The translations under genes were made by a program, and so were the position numbers. From positions 5,315 through 69,314 of the forward strand of contig PBDW01000003.1 of the NCBI GenBank assembly GCA_002717485.1: 64,000 nucleotides of DNA, in the 5' to 3' direction. The notes beneath the pieces were generated by a model. The model was not told the origin of the DNA. It saw nothing but the letters and a program-made list of their open reading frames with translations, and ran no database searches. The DNA comes from Pelagibacteraceae bacterium (GTDB lineage: Bacteria > Pseudomonadota > Alphaproteobacteria > HIMB59 > GCA-002718135). Shown here one piece after another: positions 1 through 9,429 of this stretch. Every line of letters begins with the position of its first letter. The first letter of the stretch is position 1.

Positions 1-1311
1 TTTATAATCTAACAAAACGGAATCCTCTACACGTCCATTAGAGACATCTTCAATTGCTTTATCTAATATTTCTAAACCTTCTTTTGCTTGATTCTCTGTT
101 AAAATCAATGGTGGAGTAAGTTCTAAAACGTTAGATTTCATACCGACATAAAATATTATTAAACCTAATTGATAAGCTCTATAAGCAATTTTAGCAGTTT
201 CAATTTTCGCTTCCTTTTTTGTTTTAAACCTATCTGTTACTATTTCTACTCCCATAGCTAAACCTTTACCTCGTATATCACCAATTAAATTATGCTTATT
301 TGAAAGTTGTTGAAACCCTTCAGTTAGAACCTTGCCAACCTTCATAGAATTATAAATTAAATTATCATTATATATAGTTTTAAGAACAGCTCTGCCGGCA
401 GAAATAGATACTGGGTTTCCTGAAGCTGTCATTATTGAGAAGGCTGGTGCGAAATCCATAATTTCTGTAGGTCCTACAATTGCTGATAACGGCAAGCCTC
501 CCCCTAAAGCTTTTCCAAAACAAACAATATCTGGCTCAAGATTTTCATGTTCAAATGCATTCATTAAACCAGTCCTACCAAGACCAACTTTAACCTCATC
601 TACTACAACAAGTATTCCATATTTTTTACATCTCATTTCTATAGACTTTAAAAAACCCTCTGGTGGCACTATAACACCTCCATCAGATTGAATAGGTTCG
701 ATAAAAATAGCTGCGACTTCATTTGGTGGACAAGTTGTAGAAAAAATTTCGTCAAGCATTTTTAAAATATTTTCACTTAAGTTTTCTTCAAATTGAGGTC
801 TATAAGGATTAGGATAAGGTAGATACACAACTCCATCCCTTTTGGGATTGTGTTGTTGGGAGCTGTGGCCAGATACTGACATAGAACCACTTACACCACC
901 ATGATAAGCTCCGTGAAATGTTATGAATCTTTTTCTTCCAGTATATGCCTCAGCTAAACGAACTATTGTATCGTTGGCATCTGAACCGGAATGACCAAAC
1001 CAAACTTTTCTAGAGGTATTTCCTGGAACTATATTTAATAATTCCTCTGCAAATAATATTGCAGGTTCTGAGGCATAGGAAAGCAGACTTGATGAAGCCA
1101 TACTCTGAGAAGCGTTTGAAATAGATTCTTGTATTGCAGGATGACTATATCCCAAACCCGCTGCTCCCCAAGAACCAGCAAAATCTAATAGACGTCTTCT
1201 GTTTTCATCAATAATGTAGCAACCTTCTCCCCCGATTGGGGCTATTGGAAAAAATCTTATTTTTTCAATATCGGCTATGACTTTTTTGTCTCTTTCAATT
1301 AGATTTTTCAT
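1..1311 (-). CDS. Class-III PLP-dependent aminotransferase; C-terminal end runs off the window (437 codons, no stop seen)
   Basis: Not in the ORF track. Manual translation from ATG at 1311..1309 gives MKNLIERDKKVIADIEKIRFFPIAPIGGEGCYIIDENRRRLLDFAGSWGAAGLGYSHP..., open to base 1. Class-III motifs: GHSGSDAND, IEPIQSDGG, VVDEVKVGLGRTG, and CFGKALGGG (PLP-lysine context). Start lies 1 nt after the stop of the upstream dehydrogenase gene. Confidence 0.8.
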   Translation of the reverse strand, partial: MKNLIERDKKVIADIEKIRFFPIAPIGGEGCYIIDENRRRLLDFAGSWGAAGLGYSHPAIQESISNASQSMASSSLLSYASEPAILFAEELLNIVPGNTSRKVWFGHSGSDANDTIVRLAEAYTGRKRFITFHGAYHGGVSGSMSVSGHSSQQHNPKRDGVVYLPYPNPYRPQFEENLSENILKMLDEIFSTTCPPNEVAAIFIEPIQSDGGVIVPPEGFLKSIEMRCKKYGILVVVDEVKVGLGRTGLMNAFEHENLEPDIVCFGKALGGGLPLSAIVGPTEIMDFAPAFSIMTASGNPVSISAGRAVLKTIYNDNLIYNSMKVGKVLTEGFQQLSNKHNLIGDIRGKGLAMGVEIVTDRFKTKKEAKIETAKIAYRAYQLGLIIFYVGMKSNVLELTPPLILTENQAKEGLEILDKAIEDVSNGRVEDSVLLDYK

Positions 1312-1312
1312 T

Positions 1313-3730
1313 TTAGCTCCTCATTTTACCGCCTAAAGGATCATACAAAATTTTATTCGTTACATATGCTGAATAATTTTTTCCATTAATTTCGATTTCT
1401 AAATTTGTTCCATCTTTAGCACATTCTATAGAAACATAGCCAAATGCAATGCTTTTTTTGATATAATGAGCATACCCTCCAGAAGTTACATATCCTACAC
1501 AATTATTATTTTTTATTATGGCTTCATCACTAATTACATCAATATCTTTTGTTGAAACGACCATAGTAACAAGTTTTTTATTGGGACCATTATCTTTTTC
1601 TTTTATTGCCTCTTTTTTTCCAATAAAGTCTTTATTCCAATCAATAAACTTATCCAAACCTGACTCGTGAGCTGTAAAATCTGGCCTGTATTCTAACGTC
1701 CATGCTCCCCAATTTTTTTCTAACCTCAGCGACATTAGTGCCCTGCTACCATATAGCTTTAATCCTAAATCTTCTCCATTTGCTTCTATTGTTTCAAATA
1801 ATTTTAAAAGAAAATGGGGAGCCACATATATTTCATAACCTAGCTCTCCTGAAAAAGATAAGCGATTTAAAATTGCAGGAACACCTGCAATAAATGTTTC
1901 TTTTGTTTTTTTAAATTGAAAAGAATTATTTGAAACATCTTCTCTTGAAATCCTTGAAAGTAATTTTCTTGAATTAGGTCCTGATATTGCTATTCCATGA
2001 TAATCATCAGATTTATTTTTATATACAACATCATACTCCATAATAAAATTCTCAAACCATCTTCTGTGCATTTCTTGCGCAACTCCCGACCCATAAAGAA
2101 TAAAATTTTCTTCATTCATACATGCGACCGTTAAATCTCCAATTAATTTTCCTTTTTTTGATAACATTGGACTTAACGATATACTTCCAGGCAAAGGAAT
2201 CTTACCTGCTAAAATATAATTGAGAAATTTTCTTGAGTCTTCACCGGTAATCTCATGTTTAGCAAAATTTGCGATTTCAGTAAAACCAACAGCGTTTCTT
2301 ACTGCATTAACTTCATCGGCTACATATGCATGAGAACGAGATCTTCTGAATGTTGGTTCTTCATATGCATCTTCTGTGTTCTTTGCAAACCACATTACAT
2401 TTTCTAAACCGAAATTATCTCCCATTACTGCTCCCTTAGAAATTAAACGATCATAAATAGATGTAGTTTTTTGTTTTCTCCCTTTAGGGAGAGTTTCGTT
2501 AGGAAATGTCATTATGAATCTTCGTTCATAGTTTTCAGAAGATTTTATTGTTCCATATTCTGGAGTAGCATAATTCCCAAAACGTGCAACATCCATAGCC
2601 CAAACGTCTATCGAAGGTTCTCCATCAATAATCCATTCAGCAATACATTTCCCACCCCCTCCAGCTTGACAAAACCCAGCCATAATCGCAACAGCAGCCC
2701 AATAATTTTTTTTACCTGGCACAGGACCAATTAATGGATTTCCATCAGGACCAAAAGTAAATGGCCCATTAATTATATTTTTAATGCCGACTTTTTCTAA
2801 AGCTGGAATTCTTTTAAATCCAATTGCCAATCTGTCTTGAATATTTTCTAATTTTGGATCCAGTAGTTCATGGCCAAAATTCATTGGTGTACCTCTAATC
2901 TGCCAAGGGGTTGATATTGCTTCATATGTTCCAAGCAACATACCATTTCCTTCTTGTCTAAAATATATGTTCCCGTCAAAGTCAGTGCCAATTGGAAGTC
3001 TTTTATTTTTTTCTAGAGACTCAATTTCTGGAATTGATTCAGTTATTAAATAATGATGCTCCATTGGTTGAATAGGAAAATTAATACCTGCTAACTTTGC
3101 TACTTCGCGTGCCCACAAGCCTGCAGCATTAATTAGTATTTCTGTATGAACATTTCCTTTTTCCGTAATAACGTCCCAAGTACCATCGTTTCTCTGATTA
3201 GTCTCTAATACTGGAGTATGAGTATAGTATTTTCCTCCATAAACTTTTGCAGATTTTGCATACGCATAAGTCACTCCTGTCGGATCAACTTCTGCATCTA
3301 TTGGATCCCACAAAGCGGCAATGTAATGTTGTGGATCTATTAAAGGATTTTTTTTTGCAACTTCTTTTAAAGAAATAAACTCTTGATCAAGTCCCATATA
3401 GCGAGCCTTTGATCTCTCTCTTTTAAGGTAGTCATACCAAGTATTGTTTGAAGCTAAATAAAAACCTCCGTTTTGTTTCATACCTACTGAATGTCCTGAA
3501 GTTTCTTCAATTTCTTTATACAAATTAATAGTATATGCCATTAATTTAGAGATATTCGGATCAGAAGAAATGACATGAACGTTCCCTGCAGCATGCCAAG
3601 AAGAACCTGATGTTAATTCATTTCTTTCTAATAAAATACAATCTTTTAACCCAAATTTAGATAGATGGAATAAAATAGAACATCCAACAACACCACCGCC
3701 AATAATTACAACTTTCGCGTTGTTTTCCAT
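1313..3730 (-). CDS. dmgdh: Dimethylglycine/sarcosine dehydrogenase family (N-terminal FAD oxidoreductase fused to C-terminal GcvT-like folate-binding domain)
   Basis: 805 aa. N-terminal dinucleotide fold VVIIGGGVVGCS. SGSSWHAAG motif, the covalent-flavin His context of DMGDH/SARDH. C-terminal aminomethyltransferase-like region (SFSGELGYEIY). Sits directly downstream of bhmt. Confidence 0.85.
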   Translation of the reverse strand: MENNAKVVIIGGGVVGCSILFHLSKFGLKDCILLERNELTSGSSWHAAGNVHVISSDPNISKLMAYTINLYKEIEETSGHSVGMKQNGGFYLASNNTWYDYLKRERSKARYMGLDQEFISLKEVAKKNPLIDPQHYIAALWDPIDAEVDPTGVTYAYAKSAKVYGGKYYTHTPVLETNQRNDGTWDVITEKGNVHTEILINAAGLWAREVAKLAGINFPIQPMEHHYLITESIPEIESLEKNKRLPIGTDFDGNIYFRQEGNGMLLGTYEAISTPWQIRGTPMNFGHELLDPKLENIQDRLAIGFKRIPALEKVGIKNIINGPFTFGPDGNPLIGPVPGKKNYWAAVAIMAGFCQAGGGGKCIAEWIIDGEPSIDVWAMDVARFGNYATPEYGTIKSSENYERRFIMTFPNETLPKGRKQKTTSIYDRLISKGAVMGDNFGLENVMWFAKNTEDAYEEPTFRRSRSHAYVADEVNAVRNAVGFTEIANFAKHEITGEDSRKFLNYILAGKIPLPGSISLSPMLSKKGKLIGDLTVACMNEENFILYGSGVAQEMHRRWFENFIMEYDVVYKNKSDDYHGIAISGPNSRKLLSRISREDVSNNSFQFKKTKETFIAGVPAILNRLSFSGELGYEIYVAPHFLLKLFETIEANGEDLGLKLYGSRALMSLRLEKNWGAWTLEYRPDFTAHESGLDKFIDWNKDFIGKKEAIKEKDNGPNKKLVTMVVSTKDIDVISDEAIIKNNNCVGYVTSGGYAHYIKKSIAFGYVSIECAKDGTNLEIEINGKNYSAYVTNKILYDPLGGKMRS

Positions 3731-3739
3731 ATCGTAAAG

Positions 3740-4798
3740 TTAGTATTCTTTACTGAGATCAGTATTAATTTTTAAAAAGGACCTATCTTCTCCATGCAAC
3801 CAATGTCTGCTTATATCTGGATAATATTTGTATGAAATAGGTTTTCTTCCTAAAGCTACGGACATTTCTCTTACATGATGTGGTTCAGCTCCACAACAAA
3901 TTCCAATAAAATTAATTTTTTTCTCTTTGCATTCTCTAGCAAACTCTCCCATTTCAAATCTATTGCAATACAAATGATCTAAAGCTACTGGAAAAGCATT
4001 ATCTCCAGGAATACACGTACATTCACTATCAACAATTTGCTTAGGTTGATTTAAAAAGCCAGGATATTCTTCTGATGTCCTGTATGGAACAGGAAGTGCA
4101 GCAACATGACAAGAAACTTTTTCTCTTATTTTGGGCAATAATTTCATTGTCATTTTTGGTCCTCTGTAACAATTAAGACCAACAACATCGGCACCTTGGT
4201 CTTCCATCATTTTACAAGCGTCTTCAGGTTTTATTCCTTCTCTGGTTAAGTCACCTTTAGGAATAGCAAAGTTTGTAACAGCTATAAGCCCTTCATCCTT
4301 AATTGCCTTTAATGCGATTTTCATTTCTCCAACAAAATTTATCGTCTCAGCTACAATAAAGTCTACTCCTGATTCTTTTGCCCAACGAACTTGCTCCTCA
4401 TACATTTTTTGACATTCAATATGACTTTGCTTATCATCAGGATCGTAAATATTAGTGTTTGCTACGTCTCCGCAGACCATTAAATTATTATCAGGAAATT
4501 CTTTTGCAACATTTTGAGCAATTTTTAATGCATTTTTTTGCAGAGGTTCAAGAAGTTCTTCCTTTCCAATTAATCTCATTTTTTCTCTATGACCATAATA
4601 TGTAAAAGCTTGAACTACCTCTGAACCAGCTCTTATAAATTCTCTATGCAGCTGTATCAAAACCTCAGGATGCTCTAAAACTACTTCGGGAACAAAGGCT
4701 CCGGCTGACAGGTAACCCCTTCGTTCCATCGCGAACAGGTATCCCTCTGCGCATAAAACAGGGCCCTGATCTAATCTTATTAATAAATCTTTTTTCAT
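3740..4798 (-). CDS. bhmt: Betaine-homocysteine S-methyltransferase-like (homocysteine S-methyltransferase domain)
   Basis: 352 aa. Hcy-binding fold with the three zinc-cysteine contexts VGLNCYRGP and IGICCGAEPHH. First gene of the bhmt-dmgdh-aminotransferase string. Confidence 0.8.
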   Translation of the reverse strand: MKKDLLIRLDQGPVLCAEGYLFAMERRGYLSAGAFVPEVVLEHPEVLIQLHREFIRAGSEVVQAFTYYGHREKMRLIGKEELLEPLQKNALKIAQNVAKEFPDNNLMVCGDVANTNIYDPDDKQSHIECQKMYEEQVRWAKESGVDFIVAETINFVGEMKIALKAIKDEGLIAVTNFAIPKGDLTREGIKPEDACKMMEDQGADVVGLNCYRGPKMTMKLLPKIREKVSCHVAALPVPYRTSEEYPGFLNQPKQIVDSECTCIPGDNAFPVALDHLYCNRFEMGEFARECKEKKINFIGICCGAEPHHVREMSVALGRKPISYKYYPDISRHWLHGEDRSFLKINTDLSKEY

Positions 4799-4878
4799 TC
4801 AGTTTCTTATATATATATTTTTAATCATATTTTTATTGAATTGAAAAGGGATTTGTTTATGAGGCATAAGGTAAAACT

Positions 4879-5505
4879 ATGACAAAAAAAGATGTAGATA
4901 ATAAACTGCCAATATATAAACTGAATTCAAAAGAAAAGGTTATAGAATACTATAAAAATTGGACCAGTAATTTCAAATATAATCAAGATATGATTGATTG
5001 GGATTATACAGGTCCGCAAAATGCCGCCAAAATGTTTAGTAAGTATGCTTCAAATAAATCAATTAGTATTTTAGATGCAGGATGTGGAACAGGATTAGTT
5101 GCTAAAGAACTATTAAAACAGGGTTATAGTAATTTCATTGGCGTTGATTTTTCAAAAAATATGTTAGAACTTGTGCCAAAAGATCTATATCAAAAGCTCG
5201 AATTAATAGATCTAAACAATCCGTTAAAATATATTGATAATTATTTTGATGCAATAATTTGTGTTGGTACATTTACTTACGGACATGTCAAATCTCACGC
5301 ACTAGATGAATTTATTCGTATTCTTAAAAAAAATGGATTAATTTGTTTTTCTGTTAACGAAGGTATTTATAAGAAATATAAATTTGATAAAAAAATTCAA
5401 GAATTAGAAAGTAAAAATAAGTTAAAAATATTAGAATTAAAAAAATTAACTTATATTGTTAATAAAGATGTAGAAGCTTGGTTCTGTGTAGCACGAAAAC
5501 TTTAA
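4879..5505 (+). CDS. Class I SAM-dependent methyltransferase (small, substrate unknown)
   Basis: 208 aa. SAM motif I ILDAGCGTGL, acidic post-I residue (GVDFS), motif FDAIICVGTF. Divergent from bhmt across 80 nt. Confidence 0.75.
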   Translation: MTKKDVDNKLPIYKLNSKEKVIEYYKNWTSNFKYNQDMIDWDYTGPQNAAKMFSKYASNKSISILDAGCGTGLVAKELLKQGYSNFIGVDFSKNMLELVPKDLYQKLELIDLNNPLKYIDNYFDAIICVGTFTYGHVKSHALDEFIRILKKNGLICFSVNEGIYKKYKFDKKIQELESKNKLKILELKKLTYIVNKDVEAWFCVARKL

Positions 5506-5510
5506 ATAAT

Positions 5511-6788
5511 TTAAATTTTATCTAAAGGAATGGACGAGAGCAATTCTAAACCTTCCTTTGTAACCAAATATTGATCTTCTAACTTTGCCCCCTCACTACC
5601 TCCCTCTTCTCCAATATAACTTTCAACACAAACCACCATATTTTCCTCAAATTTACCACTATAATCGCCATTACTATAATCTTTATCTGGATAAGGAATA
5701 AAAGGCCACTCGTCACTCATCCCAACACCATGTATCTGGCAAGGGTAATGGTTATCAAAACAATTATCAGGAAGTTGCCAGGCTTTTTCTGCAAACTCTC
5801 GGAAGGATACCTCAGGTTTAATTAATTGCTCATTATATTTTACATTTTCATATGCCAAACTATGAATCTTTTTTTGATAATCACCTAATTTTCTTCCCTC
5901 AACAAATGTTCTAGAAATGTCAGCGCAATACCCATAAGGACCAACCATATCAGTATCGAAAGCAACAATTTCACCTTTTTGAATAATTTTGTTGCTACAT
6001 TCCTGAAACCATGGATTTGTTTTTGGTCCTGAATTAAGCAATCTTGTCTCAAACCATTCGCCTCCATTTTCTATGTTGGTTTTGTGAAGAATTGACCATA
6101 ACTCCTCTTCAGTCATGCCTGCTTCTAAATTTTCATACATAAGTAAAATGCCCTTTTCAGCTGTTTTCACTGAAGCCTTCATGCATATTATTTCATCTTC
6201 TGATTTTATTGATCTGGCAATTTCTAAAAATTTTTGAGCATTAGTTATTTTGTAATTATAATTATTGTTTAAAGCATTAATTCCTGCGGGATCACAAACA
6301 TCAATAGCAAGATTATTATTTCCAGAACTATATTGCTTCATTAAATCATCAATAATTTTAGACCATTCAAGAGCCTTATCATAAACATTGTTACCCCAAG
6401 AAAAATGATCCCAGCTTATAACTTCTCTTACTTGATCTATTGTACAATTATTTTTATGTATGTGTTCGCAGTTGGGGTATTCAAACAATATTACCGGTCC
6501 ATTTGCAGCAATAAAAACATAGCGGGTCATTAGGTGGAAAGAAAATATAGACATATTTCTAGTATCAGTAGCATAACGGATGTTGATTGGATCAAATAGA
6601 ATGCATGCTCCGATATCATTTTTTAATAATTGATCTTTGACTCTATTTAATCGATACATTTTCATACGATTAAAATTAATTCTATCTTCATATAATTTTG
6701 GTTTAAAATTATTTTGATTAGTTGATGTAATATTCTCTTTACCAACCTTGGGGCCGATTCTTCGCTCGTTATTGTTAAATAAATTCAT
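5511..6788 (-). CDS. M24 (creatinase/prolidase-fold) metalloenzyme, DddP-like (candidate DMSP lyase)
   Basis: 425 aa. Full set of M24 metal-ligand contexts: FDTDMVGPYGYCADISR (D278, D280, D290), IHGVG (H353), CVES (E389), KLED (E404). The blocks FDPINIRYATD, GGEWFETRLLNSGPKTNPWFQEC and DEWPFIPYPD match what I recall of DddP. Ligand spacing also matches recalled DddP numbering. Memory only, unverified. Confidence 0.6.
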   Translation of the reverse strand: MNLFNNNERRIGPKVGKENITSTNQNNFKPKLYEDRINFNRMKMYRLNRVKDQLLKNDIGACILFDPINIRYATDTRNMSIFSFHLMTRYVFIAANGPVILFEYPNCEHIHKNNCTIDQVREVISWDHFSWGNNVYDKALEWSKIIDDLMKQYSSGNNNLAIDVCDPAGINALNNNYNYKITNAQKFLEIARSIKSEDEIICMKASVKTAEKGILLMYENLEAGMTEEELWSILHKTNIENGGEWFETRLLNSGPKTNPWFQECSNKIIQKGEIVAFDTDMVGPYGYCADISRTFVEGRKLGDYQKKIHSLAYENVKYNEQLIKPEVSFREFAEKAWQLPDNCFDNHYPCQIHGVGMSDEWPFIPYPDKDYSNGDYSGKFEENMVVCVESYIGEEGGSEGAKLEDQYLVTKEGLELLSSIPLDKI

Positions 6789-6851
6789 ACTATTTATTTC
6801 TTAAATTTCTTGAATAATTTCATTTTAAATGATTAACTAATTTTTAGATAA

Positions 6852-8027
6852 ATGAAAAGTATTTATGATGTAATTTCAAAAGAAAAGCTAAATGCTGTCT
6901 CACAACCCATTGAGAAAGCACACGGACTTCCAAATGAATGTTATCTTAATGAGGAATATTTAACTATTGAAAGAAAAAAACTTTTTGAAGACAAGTGGGT
7001 TGTAATTGGTGTTGCAAGTTCGATACCTAATATAGGAGACGCAAAACCCTTTGAATTACTTGGGATTCCGTTGATTATTCTAAGAGATAAAAATAATAAT
7101 ATTAGGGTTTTTCATAATGTGTGCAGTCACAGAGGGTATAAGCTTCTCCAAAAAAAATGTAATATTAAGAATGTTATTAGGTGTCCATATCACTCATGGA
7201 GTTATGGTTTGGATGGCAATTTAAGTGCTACTCCACATCTAGGTGGCATGAATAAACATGATGCTGACGGATTTGACAAGTCTAAAAGTAATCTTAAAGA
7301 AGTAAGAACTTATGTATGGCTTGATATGATTATGGTTAACATATCAGGTAATGCAGAAGATTTTAAAACATACATTAAACCTTTAAGCGATAGATGGGAA
7401 AAATTTTGGCCAGAAAAAGATCGTAATTTAATTAGTTATTCAAAAGATTATAGTTACTTTCTGCTAAAAGCCAGATGCAATTGGAAATTTGCTATAGAGA
7501 ACTATTGTGAAAGTTATCATTTACCATGGGTTCATCCAGGATTAAACTCTTATTCAAGAATTGATGATCATTACCACATTCAAGGTCTTCCTAATAGATT
7601 TGCGGGACAAGGAACAGTTGTTTATAATCCAAAATTTAAAGGCGGTAAATTATTTCCATGTTTTCCAAATTGGCCAAGGGATAAAGAAAAAATAGCTGAA
7701 TATGTTGCTCTTTTTCCAAATGTCATGTTAGGCATTCATAAGGATCATTACTATGCATATTGGCTTGAACCAATCAGCTTAACTTACACATTGGAACATA
7801 TGGAGATTTATTATGTAGGAAATGAGGCTGCAAATTCTAAAGAATATAAATCCTTAAGGGAACAAAATTTTAAACAGTGGCATAGTGTTCAATCAGAAGA
7901 TCTAAATATTATTGAGGGTATGCAAGATGGAAGAAAATCTCCCATATATAATGGGGGAAATTTTTCACCTATTATGGATAATCCCACACATCATTTTCAC
8001 AAATGGGTGGTTGAAAATATCACCTAA
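6852..8027 (+). CDS. Rieske [2Fe-2S] non-haem-iron oxygenase, alpha (catalytic) subunit (GbcA/CntA-like quaternary-amine oxygenase family candidate)
   Basis: 391 aa. Rieske motif CSHRGYKL...(17)...CPYHSWSY. Mononuclear iron motif ENYCESYHLPWVHP (E-x-Y-H-x4-H). Confidence 0.85.
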   Translation: MKSIYDVISKEKLNAVSQPIEKAHGLPNECYLNEEYLTIERKKLFEDKWVVIGVASSIPNIGDAKPFELLGIPLIILRDKNNNIRVFHNVCSHRGYKLLQKKCNIKNVIRCPYHSWSYGLDGNLSATPHLGGMNKHDADGFDKSKSNLKEVRTYVWLDMIMVNISGNAEDFKTYIKPLSDRWEKFWPEKDRNLISYSKDYSYFLLKARCNWKFAIENYCESYHLPWVHPGLNSYSRIDDHYHIQGLPNRFAGQGTVVYNPKFKGGKLFPCFPNWPRDKEKIAEYVALFPNVMLGIHKDHYYAYWLEPISLTYTLEHMEIYYVGNEAANSKEYKSLREQNFKQWHSVQSEDLNIIEGMQDGRKSPIYNGGNFSPIMDNPTHHFHKWVVENIT

Positions 8028-8044
8028 AAATATAAATATAAACA

Positions 8045-9421
8045 ATGTTTCAAACAATTACACCTATTGATAATTCAGTATTATTAGAAAGAAAATATAG
8101 TAATAACAAAATTGAACATACAATTGATAATTCATTAAAAGCCCAAAAAGAATGGGAAAATTTATCAATAAAAGAGAGAGTATATCTTTTAAATGAATTT
8201 GTAAGTAATTTTTTATCTAAAGAAGATCAGATTGTAGAAGAAATTACAAGGCAAATTGGAAGACCTATAAGTCAGGCATATAGTGAGTTAAAAGGATTTA
8301 AAGAGCGCGCAGATTATATGCTGTCAATAGCAGAAGATAAATTAGCTCCAATTGTTTTACCTGAAAGGGAAAATTTTAAAACTTATATAAAAAGGATTCC
8401 GGCTGGCGTAGCTTTTATTATAGCTCCCTGGAACTACCCTTATCTTACTTCTGTAAATTCTATAATACCATCTTTGGCTGCAGGAAATGCAATAATTCTT
8501 AAACATTCTGCACAAACTCCTCTTTGCTCTGAACAGCTATTTGAAAGTGCAAACAAAACATTACCAAATAATGTTTTCAATTACTTGCATTTAAATCATG
8601 AAGATAGTTTAAAGATTGTAAGTGACAAAAGGATAGGATTTGTATCGTTAACAGGATCCGTTAAAGCTGGATATGAAGTTCAAAGGGCAACGAATAATAA
8701 ATTTATTAATGTTGCACTTGAATTAGGAGGAAAAGATCCTGCTTACGTAAGAAATGATGCTGATCTTGAAAAAACTGTAGAGAATCTTGTTGACGGATCT
8801 TTTTTTAATTCAGGTCAATCATGCTGCGGTATAGAAAGGATTTATGTTGACCAAAAAATTTATGATAAATTTTTAGAATTATTTGTCTCACTAACATATG
8901 ATTATACATTAGGGAATCCATTAGATAAAAAAACAAATCTTGGTCCAGTAGTTAAGCTTTCATCTGCTGAATTTATAAAAAAACAAATAGATTCAGCAGT
9001 GAATGATGGGGCAAAAAAATTAATAAATGAATCTAGATTTAATTTTCCAAGGGAGCACAATAATTATTTAGTTCCTCAGGTATTAATAAATGTTAATCAT
9101 ACTATGAAATTTATGAAAGAAGAAACGTTTGGTCCGGCAGTTGGGATTATGCCAGTAGACAATGAAGAGGATGCTATAAAACTAATGAACGATAGTCCTT
9201 ATGGATTAACTGCATCGATATGGACAGGTGATATGGAGATCGCTGAAAAAATTGGAAATCGCATAGAAACTGGCACTTTTTTTATGAATAGATGCGATTA
9301 TTTAGATCCTGGGCTTTCATGGACTGGAGTCAAGGAAACCGGAAAAGGTTGCTCATTATCTGAGATAAGTTATGAACATTTAACTAAACCAAAAAGTTTT
9401 CACTTAAGAAAAGCTTTATAA
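8045..9421 (+). CDS. Aldehyde dehydrogenase family protein
   Basis: 458 aa. Catalytic Glu context LELGGKDP, catalytic Cys context GQSCCGIER, EETFGP motif. 17 nt after the Rieske gene. Confidence 0.85.
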   Translation: MFQTITPIDNSVLLERKYSNNKIEHTIDNSLKAQKEWENLSIKERVYLLNEFVSNFLSKEDQIVEEITRQIGRPISQAYSELKGFKERADYMLSIAEDKLAPIVLPERENFKTYIKRIPAGVAFIIAPWNYPYLTSVNSIIPSLAAGNAIILKHSAQTPLCSEQLFESANKTLPNNVFNYLHLNHEDSLKIVSDKRIGFVSLTGSVKAGYEVQRATNNKFINVALELGGKDPAYVRNDADLEKTVENLVDGSFFNSGQSCCGIERIYVDQKIYDKFLELFVSLTYDYTLGNPLDKKTNLGPVVKLSSAEFIKKQIDSAVNDGAKKLINESRFNFPREHNNYLVPQVLINVNHTMKFMKEETFGPAVGIMPVDNEEDAIKLMNDSPYGLTASIWTGDMEIAEKIGNRIETGTFFMNRCDYLDPGLSWTGVKETGKGCSLSEISYEHLTKPKSFHLRKAL

Positions 9422-9429
9422 AATAATAA

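Noticed and set aside
1702-2734. Plus-strand ORFs 1702-1893 and 2471-2734 inside the dehydrogenase gene. The same kind of antisense ORF occurs throughout the track, for example 5885-6067, 11806-12099, 13100-13324, 13415-13645, 14212-14562, 14852-15151, 16774-17013, 25085-25312, 26096-26368, 27055-27336, 29347-29598, 30065-30259, 30428-30833.
   Set aside because: They lie wholly inside strongly supported genes on the opposite strand or in another frame. They have low-complexity or hydrophobic 'shadow' composition and no SD or family motifs. They are treated as non-coding frame shadows.
4799-4878. Possible SAM (SAM-II/SAM-V type) riboswitch in the bhmt 5' region, as I recall being reported for some marine alphaproteobacterial methionine/betaine genes.
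   Set aside because: The spacer is only 80 nt and shared with a divergent gene. I could not find the conserved AAAGCU-type pseudoknot element or convincing stems. A covariance-model scan would be needed to be sure.
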